A DNA stretch of 63,055 nt, the filler included, from Reticulomyxa filosa (lineage: Eukaryota > Protista > Foraminifera): assembly GCA_000512085.1 (NCBI GenBank). It is 18 parts of 18 records of this genome, joined end to end, with 100 filler letters (N's around TTAATTAATTAA, not from the genome) between each part and the next. Parts side by side here need not be neighbours in the genome. Positions count along the whole stretch, not along the records: positions 1 to 12,242 come from ASPP01007509.1; 17 more parts are not named here. One strand, 5' to 3'. Under the pieces are notes generated by a model. That model was not told where the DNA came from. It worked only from the letters and a program-made list of their open reading frames with translations, and ran no database searches. A program made the position numbers and the translations under genes. Numbering within the stretch: the first letter of the stretch is position 1; each line of letters opens with the position of its first letter. This document shows positions 1-9,579 of this stretch, one piece after another.

Positions 1-89
1 AGATACTGCTAGATATCGCAGTATCTAGTTGTTTTGTACTTTTTTTCCTTCAAAAGACAACTTTTTTTTTAAAAGTTTATAGATGATGA

Positions 90-399
90 ATGATATTAAA
101 ATGATTTTTTAAAAATTAAAAAGTCAATTGTTAAAAAGAAACAAAAAGATTTAAAAAATTTTCTTAGTGATATGTTTGATTTATATATTCCTGCGAAATT
201 TCGAAAAATCATTTGAAAAACTTTGGTTTTATAATAACTTTTTCTTATGTTGACTAAAAACAATTTCATATTTAAAACTACAATATTTGTATATATTTTT
301 AAAAAATTATGTTTAAATGTTTATTTTTCATGAAAAAATCTATTCTCTTCATAGAGGTGCCATTTAGTTATGTCAGTTTCTTTGCAATCTACTGTAGAA
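90..399 (+). repeat. Dispersed AT-rich repeat family, copy 1
   Basis: Core 301-399 (aaaaaattatgtttaaat...caatctactgtagaa) matches 44981-45080 and 60151-60240. Confidence 0.7.
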
Positions 400-1033
400 C
401 ATTACGCAAAAGAAAGACAAAAACAATTGCAAAGCCACATGAAACCTCAATGGCCAAAAGGTCCACACAAAATAATTAAAGAAAAACATTAAAGTAATCA
501 ATTTGAATTTAGATTTATCTCATAAAAAACTTGACGATTGTTCAAATCCTCCTCTTGGTCGAATTCCATCCATTTTGAATTAGTTCCATTCAACACCAAG
601 CCTATCTGATAAAAAGCTGTTAGCGATAATAAACAAAATAAAACAATCTTAAAAATAAATCAGCAAAGACTTTTTTAAAATATAAAAAAAACAAATTTAA
701 GGAATGTGAAAACTTAAATGGATTTTCAAATCTCATTGAGCCAACGTCAATTTTGTTAAAATTCAATATCAAATAAGAGATTCAAATGTTTGAAAATTGG
801 TGATACGGACTTTAGCGTTTAAAGAAAACAAACGTAATACACATAAATCCGAAAATTTGGTTTGAAAATAGAAAGCATGTGTACAAAATTAAAAGCGAGC
901 ATATGAATGCAAATGAAAAAGGTGTAGTAGAGAGCTTTTGTTTGGACAAGAACCTGTTGGGTTTTGTGTAAGAGTGTTTAAAAAAAGTCTTGGGATTCTT
1001 TTTTGTTGTGAAACGCAAGCAAAAGCCAAAAGA

Positions 1034-2929
1034 ATGCAATCATTTCAACAGTGTTATTTTTCTGTGCCTACAACTCTTGAGAGTTTCGTTTTACCTGCGA
1101 TAAGTTGTTGGGTTGGGACGGTCTTGTACAAACCGTTCGTACCAACAAAGCTATAAAAAAAAAAAAAAAACTTGGTTGTGTGACATGTGAAGGTTTGGAC
1201 TATCAGCCAGCAATAATCCAGCCGAAACTGGGGTATCGAAGCAGTCATGAAAATGTGCACGGGGAAAATGGAACGGCCTCTCCAGTCGTGGTCATTATTG
1301 TGTTGGACAACAAGAACAATGGTACAGGCAGTAGCAACAGCAGTATCAGCAGCAGTAGTAACAGTAGCACTAGCCCTAGCAACAGCAGCAGTAGTATGAG
1401 TAGTGGCATTAGCACAGCGAATGGTGGCAATTGCGCGTACCCCTCGAACTGTATCAGTAGCATGAGCAGCAATCCATTGTCGACTCATTTGACATGTGGT
1501 TCAATTGGAAGTGCGCCACAGACGAGCTGTCTGAGTTGGGTCGGAGACCGGCTTCCGTCGATGTATCCGCGAACGAACAAAGACGTCCACGTCGTGCGCC
1601 CAGCGTCGCAGCTATGGTCCCCTCCCTACTCGTCGTACTCGTCCTACTCGTCATTCGTGTCGTTTCCGCTGCGCGAAGACGGAGCTGGCGTAGCCAAGTC
1701 GCCCAATGTACCAACCAAGCTCCCAGTGAGCACCAGTCATGACGCCACTCCTCCTTCCCCTCCTCGTCTCTACGTCGAGGCTGTTCCTCACCCGTTCCGT
1801 CCCGCCTCCTCCTCCGCCGCTGACATCATCCTCGCCGACCACGTCTCCGTCGCGACACACGTCGGCAAGTCCCAAGACATACGCAATTGCTGTTTGAAAC
1901 AGCCATCCCTTCTCGGTGCCAACACCAACGTCAACACTAACACCGAGTCTCCTTCGGACAAACCTCACAAGCTGCCCAATGCCAATATCAATACCAGCAA
2001 TGCCAATGTCAATGCCAATAATACCAATAACAAGGCCAAACATCGTGCCCACAGTATTCGTGGACAAATCTTGCAGCGATTGCAAACTGTAAAGCCTTTA
2101 GAAGACTGTCCACAAAAGCCTTGGATGTGTCCCGAGTGTAATTGTCGCTACACCACTTTCAATGGATTGCAATCACACTTTCGAATTCATACTGAATGGT
2201 AATGCGCTAATGTTGTCGTTCTTGTTCTTGTGTTCTTGTTGTGTAAGAGAAAAAAAGGCTTTCTGCGTTTATTTGTACATGTACATTGTCATATATACAT
2301 ACTTTTTTTTTTTTTTTTGCTCCAGTGAGACGTATACTCAGTTCAATTTTTTTATTTAAAAAAAAAACTTGTAGAAACAATATAACTTTTTTTGGGGGGG
2401 GATGGCTATACGAAAGGTGCTTCAAATGTGAGACATGCAATCGTCGGTTTGCCCGGAGCCGTGATTTTCAAGAGCATATGCGTGTACACACCAATGAAAG
2501 ACCTTTCGTTTGTCGATTTTGTCATAAAGGATTTAAACAGCGCCACAAGTTTGGCTTTTTTTTTAAGAGGGAGAAATAACTGCGTAATTTTTCATTCTTT
2601 CGTTCTTTTTTTTTCTTTCCTTTTTTTTTTTCTTTCCTTTTTTTCTTACCCCCTCGCTTTCCTCCCTGCTTTATTGATATTCTTCCAACAGCCAACAACA
2701 AAAAAAATAGCTTAAAGGACCACGAAAGAACTCATACTCGAGAAGATCTCTTTGCTTGCGATATTTGCCATAAAACGGTAAAAGCGCTTTTTTTTTCTAC
2801 TTTTGTTTTTTTTTTTTTACGTATCAAAAAATGAAAACAAATAAAAATAATAACTAAAAAAAAAAACAATGACAGTTTGTGGCGAAACATAACATGAAAA
2901 ATCACCGAAAGTTGCACTCAAACAATTAA
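1034..2929 (+). CDS. C2H2 zinc-finger transcription factor (4 fingers, Ser/Asn-rich N-terminal region), multi-exon; start codon uncertain
   Basis: Manual splicing gives CPECNCRYTTFNGLQSHFRIH, CETCNRRFARSRDFQEHMRVH-TNERPF-VCRFCHKGFKQRHNLKDHERTH and CDICHKTFVAKHNMKNHRKLH, ending at TAA 2927-2929. GT-AG introns lie near 2199-2417, 2549-2710 and 2778-2875. Confidence 0.85.
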
Positions 2930-5042
2930 ATTTGTCTCTTTATCTCTTTCTTGGATTTGTGCGTGGGATTTTCTGGCGTTTTTCTGTTGTTTTTGTTTTA
3001 TTTTTTGTTTTGTTTTTCTTTTTGTTTTGTCTTTTTTCCTTTTTTTGTCTTTGTTTTGTTATTTTGTGCTTAGTTTTGAATTTCTTTGTTTTTATTTGTA
3101 GTTGTTGTAGTGAAGGTGGGGGTGGATTAAAAGGGAAAAAAAGGTGAATTTGAGATACTGGTTAACAAACAAACAAGTTTTTTTTGGTAACAATCCACCG
3201 ACACAGTTGAACTATCATTTATTAGCACTAAGTGATTGGGTTGGTTTGTTTGTTTTCCTTGGAAGTGGATGTAGCTTTGTTTTGTCGTTTTTTTTCTGTT
3301 CTTTATTTTTTTGTACTTGGTTTCTGCTGTTTGGTCCAGCGCAACGTTTTGGTCTTGGATTCTTTTGTTTATTGCTGTTTATTTGTTTGTTTGTTGTTTT
3401 TTTTTTTCTTCTTTTTCTCTTTTTCCAGTTCCAACTTCTTTTGAATAAATACTACTAACAAAAAATTTTTTAAAATTGAGCACTAATGATTGTCATATCC
3501 ATTGTTTTATTTTTTCTTGATAAACCGTGGTCACTTTTTTTTACTGGCATTATCGGTTTCTGGCCATACATACAAGACTTTTTTTAATGACAACGAAGCG
3601 CGGCTGTACACGAGGCAACAAATCTTCATGCAGTTTCCCACATTCATGTTACGCCCAACTAGTGTTCAAAACAACCACTTCGGAATGGAACACACTTTAA
3701 AAAAGCAGATGTTAAAAACGATAATTTAAAGCGTCAAATAGCCCCTACATAGTAATTATTTAAAATACATAAGCGTTTCGTTTTGGCAAAAGCTTATTAA
3801 GAAACGTTTTGACGTTGGACTCTAATAGGCCAAATTCGTCCATCTTAAAAAGATTTTTCCAAAGTGAGATACAGAATTTTATTCGTGCATAAACGATCAT
3901 GACTATTTTTTGCCGGAGTGTTTATGCTGGTTTGTTTCGCTTTTTTCTTATTTCATAGTACAAATTATCTTATTTATCCCGATTATAAAAGATTTCGGTG
4001 TCCTCAGTACTCAAAAAATGGACCCCTTGATAAAACTCATCGCTGCCAACCAGTAGGCTGGGAGGGTATACAGCAAATACACTAACTCTTATAATGGAAG
4101 AAGATAACAGCTCGGCCCAATGAAACCTCTTTGTAACTTCATAGTTTTGATACTCTCAAAACTTTGTTTGGTGTGGATTTGGCTTTGGAGTCCACTGAAC
4201 TATCTTAGCAAAAATAAAACTGTAGCATTTGTTTTCATTTTTTGTAAGAACTCTGGAAAGTGGTAGTGCCAATTCTGACTCAAAGGCGCTTGTCGAAATC
4301 AATGATTTTTTTGGTCGTGCTGCCACATATGACGTTTGTTTTTTGTCCCGTTGCCAATGGCACGAATACCTTCTTAAAATTCAAAATCAAACAGCAACTG
4401 GATGGAAATATCAAGTTAGAGCTTTTTTTAAGAAAGATGGAGTCAGAAAGTAACAATATACAAAAATTAATGTATTTGAATTTTTGCCAACGCTAGCAGC
4501 GAAAAGGTGACATATTCGCTATAACTCAATTGTTAGGCCATTTATGTATTAAACAGTCCCCAAGTTGCAATTTGTCTATTCTGCTTTGAAATAATTCGTT
4601 TTTTTATGACTGTTATCAAATTTAATCATTTTTTTTTTATTCCAAACTCTGACAAACTCGAACTGCCTTGGATTTCTGCAATAGCTCAGCTAGAGCTTTA
4701 TTTTCACTGAATGTAAACAAAAGAAGTAGTTTTGTCGATATGCAAAAATTATATTGAATAAAAGCCTAGAAATGAGCAAATGTAGCATTTCATAAAAGTC
4801 TGATGAATAGTTTGGCGAATTTCTTCACATAAAAAAACAAAAACAACATGACACACAAATGCCAATCAAATTGAACGCCTCAAAGCAGACCTAATTGCAT
4901 TGGTTTTTTGTGGCCATATGTTCCAAATCAAAAAATATGATTGTACGTATATCTAGTGATACAAAATTTCACTTTTTGTGTAAATTTTGCTAACTAAAAA
5001 AAAGTTCACCAGACATATTTCTTAAAATTCAGTTGGTGACAT

Positions 5043-6751
5043 TCATTTTAATCCTGCTTCTACCTTTTCTTCCAACAGCTCTTTATGGGTTGCTTTAAGC
5101 AGTTTTTCGGTTTCCTCATCCAACTTTTGTCCCTGATAAAATTTCAACCCAATACATATAAAAAAACGTGGGCACAATTCGAGACACAAAAAAAACAAAT
5201 AAAAACTTACCGTCACAATGTGATAATCACCATTCTTGCAAACACAAGGAAATGAAAAGATAAGTTCATCGGTAATGCCATAGCTGCCATCAGTAAACAC
5301 TCCCATAGACACATGTTCTCCCTGAAAACATTAGCAAACAATCCCATTCCATTCATATATATAGTCACAATTTAAAACAAGAAAACACATAGGCAAAAAA
5401 AAGACAAAGAAGTGTGCGTGCGTGTCTAACCTCGTGTGTTCCTTGCGCCCAATCTCGGAGGCAATCTTTGATTGCATTTGCTGCCGACATAGCAGACGAC
5501 ATTCCACGAGCGTCAATGATAGCTTTGCCACGCTGTTGAACTATCTTTGTAAAGTCACCTCGCACCCATTGTGCATCTACCTTTACTTTCTCGTATTTTC
5601 CGTTTGTCAACACTTGGGCATCGCTCACATCAGGCACTCTTTAATGATTCCATTTGATCCACATTACAAATAGTGTATACATATTGTATGTATATGCATC
5701 GTATACACGTTTGTAAGATTTTTTTTAAAAATATAATAATAACAATATTGCAAATAAAAAATAAAATAAAAACTGAGTCGAAGAATGGTTTCCCCAAATG
5801 ACAACATTTCGAACGTGAGCAACAGGCACGGACAATTTTTCAGCCAATTGTGCAAGGCCTCTGTTTTGGTCTAATCTCGTCAATGCCACAAAGTTTTTCT
5901 TTGGTATTTTCGGGGCATAATGAGCGCACACCAATGCGTTCGTGTTCACAGGATTTGCCACAACCAACACCTTTCAAACATATTTCAACCATTGCATCAT
6001 CGTGCATATATGTGTTGTTGTATGCTGTGACATCGATTGATGCGCATGCAGGTAGTATATATTACATATATACATATAAATATATATATATAAGCCGTGA
6101 TATGCAAAGTGTCAATCTTTGCCAAACAAAGTGTTCTGTGCTATGTTTAACTTTGCAAGTTTTTTTGGCGTATTTTTCTAATCCTTCGCCCATCGCCTTA
6201 AATATTGGCGAATTTTTTTCCATCAGTTGTTTTCTTTCCATGCCCGCTTGTCTTGGAAAGCCGCCCACTAATACTGCGTAATCAATGTCTTTGAAAGCCT
6301 AAATCCACAATCATCATTACTCATTATTATTATCATTTTTTTTTTCAATTGTTCTCTCCCCCCCCCTCTTTGCTTCTTTTCTTTCATTCATCGCGTGTTT
6401 CGATGTCATATAATATACAAAATCCCAAAAGAAAAGTGACGCGATTCTGCGGGGTTGTGTCAGTGGAGGAAACGCCCCCTTTTTTTTTTGTTAAACTTCT
6501 TCAGCTCTGAATGTTGCTACAACTTTTCGTACTAAGGGATACGCACCGTCTGTAATTTCCATTGCCACACCATTCAATGATTTCATTGCATTCTCAATCT
6601 CCAACAAGTGCAATTCGACCGGTTGGTTTGGACCAAACACCAAACCACTTGCGAACAGTGGGATGACCGCATATCCAATTTGTCCTGCTGCACCACTGAT
6701 GAGAATACGTACTGGCTTGTCACTGTGACTCTCTTTGTGTTCAGACGCCAT
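5043..6751 (-). CDS. MDH1: Cytosolic-type NAD-dependent malate dehydrogenase, 6 exons
   Basis: Motifs [64 protein letters not shown] and FSFPC. Five GT-AG introns join these in frame. Confidence 0.95.
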
Positions 6752-7142
6752 CTTTTTTCGGAAGAATTTATTCTTTAGAGTTTTTTAAAAACTTTAGGAA
6801 CAAGTACTCGTGCTGAAAACAATCAACAAAAAGCGAGTGAGCTTCTTATTTCAAACTACAAACATTTAAATACCATTGCACTAAATTTTATACTTGCTTA
6901 TTTGAGAAAAATATCAATGGCTTTTTAAATATTGCATTACTTTGTTATCCATACACTGAACAACAATCACCACAATTTCTTTTTTTCTTTATCTATACAT
7001 TTTACTATGTCACCAAATAACTTTTACATCGTTGTCTTTATTGTTCCACACAACCCATTCAAAAGTAAAAATTTTTTGGACGGAAAAAACATTCATTTTT
7101 GGCAAACATTATCGAACCTTAAATCACTGACTACATTGCAAA

Positions 7143-9506
7143 ATGTCGTTGTTCACTGTATATGTGGAAGATGGAGCAAAAGTGCGTTCACTAGTGTTGC
7201 CAGAGCAAAATGTTGAGAGGACAACTAACGAGAGAGACGACTGTTATGCAGAAAAAAAAGAAATAAATAGGCAGCCAACATTACCGTGTAAAGTAAAGTA
7301 TCCATTGGTGTTGTTGACTGGGGCAATTAAATACCTGCAACACCAAAGTTATTTAGAGTGGGTTAAATATGATCTCAATTTATTGCAAATATTATTCCAA
7401 TCGAAACTTAATTATCAAGTATTTAATACTTATAATCTACAAAATACAAAAACTGAATTACTCACTTTAAATGAGTTGGATAATTTTATTTTGAATGCAA
7501 TTGATAAAGATAATAAAGATTGTGATGGGTTGATTTTTGTGTGGTGTGGATATGGAAGATCCGAAAGAGATAGAGAAACATTGATCACAAGTGATAACAA
7601 AATGAAAGATTTCAAAGAAATTCAAAATGATCTTATTGGAAAGACAAACTATTTTGTCGGAAAGCCAAAAATATTTATTAAAATAACATGTAAAGAACAA
7701 GATGACTTTGGTCAAGTCACAGCCAATCAAAAAAATATATTGTATAGGTGTCATGAAGATATATTTACAATTTGTGCAGATGTACCTAGAACATCAATCA
7801 TTAATAGCGCAGGGAGTTATTTCACAGAGATATTTTGTCGAGGTATCGAAGGCAATATAGGCAAAAGTTTGGAGTGTATTGTGAAAAGTATATTTGCTCA
7901 GATATCAGAAAAGGCAATTGTGCAAAGTGTTTCCACTCCCCGTTTTGACATTTATTTGATCCCGAGAACACGACAACATCACATTGAAAATGACCGATCA
8001 TCCATTGTCAAGAAAGACAATATTCCACAGACATTAGACTTGAAGACGCATTGGAATAAGTATTGGAGAAGAGCAAACGTGGAAGCTGCAAAAATAATGA
8101 AAAAAATGATGGATGGCAATGAACAGGGATTGATTGTTGTTGCGTATAATACACCTGAATGGAAAGGTGCGAGGGATAATCCATTTTCATTTGTCACATT
8201 AATGAATAAAGACAATGTGATCAAAAAACAATTTGGATCATATTGGTTATATGCGACGAAAAGTGAATTGGTGATTTTAGAGGATATATATGTCGATGGA
8301 AATATATATGAAAGTAATTGCAAACTCGTATGTAAAGAAAATGTAAATATTACAATTCAAATATTTGTTATGACAAAATCTGTTATTGATCAACAATTGC
8401 AACAATTGTTTTCATTTGTTCAATGGGACACCAAAATACATCACGATATTCCAATACAACTCCAAGAGTTGGAAGAAAAAAAAGAAGAATGCTTAGCAAA
8501 AGAGCTCTTGGATGATTCCATTGTGCATTTACAAAAATATTTACAATTGTGTATTGACACATTCGGATGTAATCATCCCTATGTTGCCATTTCATATAAT
8601 CTACTTGGAATTACCTATTTTGATAAGAAACAACAAGATGAATCCATTGAAATTTTTGAAAAAGCTTTGAAAATTGTATTAAATAATTTTGGAAATAATT
8701 GCAATATCATTACCTTATTATACAACAATCTAGGCGGTGCATACGCAGATAAAAATCAATACGATGAAGCAATTGCATATCACCAAAAAGCATTGACAAT
8801 TGAATCGTGTAATGACGGAGATATTGCCACGACATATTATTGTTTGGGACACACATACAGAAAACAAAGTGAACATAATAAAGCTATTGAATTTTATGAA
8901 AAGGCATTGGCGATCAAATTGAAGCTCTTTGGAGATTTTCATGAAGAAATTGCAAATTTGTATTATAACTTGGCAAGCGTGTATCAAGATACAACCCAAT
9001 ACAATAAAGCAATCCAACTCTATGAAAAGGCATTGCTAATCAAATTGAAAGTGTTTGGAGCTTCTCACGGAAGCGTTGCCGATTTGTACTATGATTTGGC
9101 GAGTGTTTATCAAGACGCAATGGAATATGAAAATGCAATTGAATATAACCAAAAAGCATTAAACATTGAGTTAGTGCTTTTTGGAAAGAATAACAGTAAA
9201 GTGGCTGATTCTTACAACAATTTAGGTAGCTGTTACGAAGACATTGAACAAAATACAGAGGCAATTGAATGCTATAAGCAAGCATTACAAATAAAAAAAG
9301 AGATATTTAAAGGACCAAATAAATCTATTGGAGATTCACTTTGGAATTTGGGACGCGTATTTAACAAGATAGGAGAAACTCAAGCTTCATGCAAATATTT
9401 TGAAGAGTCGTGGAAAACATATCATATCGTATTCGGAGAATGGGATAGATTGACAGTGGAATCGAAAAAAAGAGTAGAAGAGCATTTAATAATGAACAAC
9501 ATCTGA
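7143..9506 (+). CDS. Caspase-like (peptidase C14 fold) domain + C-terminal 42-aa TPR array, intronless, 787 aa
   Basis: DGLIFVWCGYG and GKPKIFIKITCKE correspond to the caspase His (SHG) and Cys (KPKIFIIQACRG) motifs. About 8 kinesin-light-chain-like TPRs follow (SYNNLG...Y...A.E.Y.KAL.I). Confidence 0.8.
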   Translation: MSLFTVYVEDGAKVRSLVLPEQNVERTTNERDDCYAEKKEINRQPTLPCKVKYPLVLLTGAIKYLQHQSYLEWVKYDLNLLQILFQSKLNYQVFNTYNLQNTKTELLTLNELDNFILNAIDKDNKDCDGLIFVWCGYGRSERDRETLITSDNKMKDFKEIQNDLIGKTNYFVGKPKIFIKITCKEQDDFGQVTANQKNILYRCHEDIFTICADVPRTSIINSAGSYFTEIFCRGIEGNIGKSLECIVKSIFAQISEKAIVQSVSTPRFDIYLIPRTRQHHIENDRSSIVKKDNIPQTLDLKTHWNKYWRRANVEAAKIMKKMMDGNEQGLIVVAYNTPEWKGARDNPFSFVTLMNKDNVIKKQFGSYWLYATKSELVILEDIYVDGNIYESNCKLVCKENVNITIQIFVMTKSVIDQQLQQLFSFVQWDTKIHHDIPIQLQELEEKKEECLAKELLDDSIVHLQKYLQLCIDTFGCNHPYVAISYNLLGITYFDKKQQDESIEIFEKALKIVLNNFGNNCNIITLLYNNLGGAYADKNQYDEAIAYHQKALTIESCNDGDIATTYYCLGHTYRKQSEHNKAIEFYEKALAIKLKLFGDFHEEIANLYYNLASVYQDTTQYNKAIQLYEKALLIKLKVFGASHGSVADLYYDLASVYQDAMEYENAIEYNQKALNIELVLFGKNNSKVADSYNNLGSCYEDIEQNTEAIECYKQALQIKKEIFKGPNKSIGDSLWNLGRVFNKIGETQASCKYFEESWKTYHIVFGEWDRLTVESKKRVEEHLIMNNI

Positions 9507-9579
9507 TTTTATACACTTTTTGAACAGCTGAATTATCTTTTCTCTTTTGCTATAACAAGGAGAAAAAAAAAGGAGTTCT

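Noticed and set aside
2932-3458. Phe/Leu-rich hydrophobic ORFs resembling membrane proteins
   Set aside because: These are translations of the T-rich 3' UTR/intergenic DNA downstream of the zinc-finger stop codon.
3570-4496. Possible multi-exon gene between the zinc-finger gene and MDH
   Set aside because: There are exon-like patches, but I could not build a stop-free model or recognise a domain.
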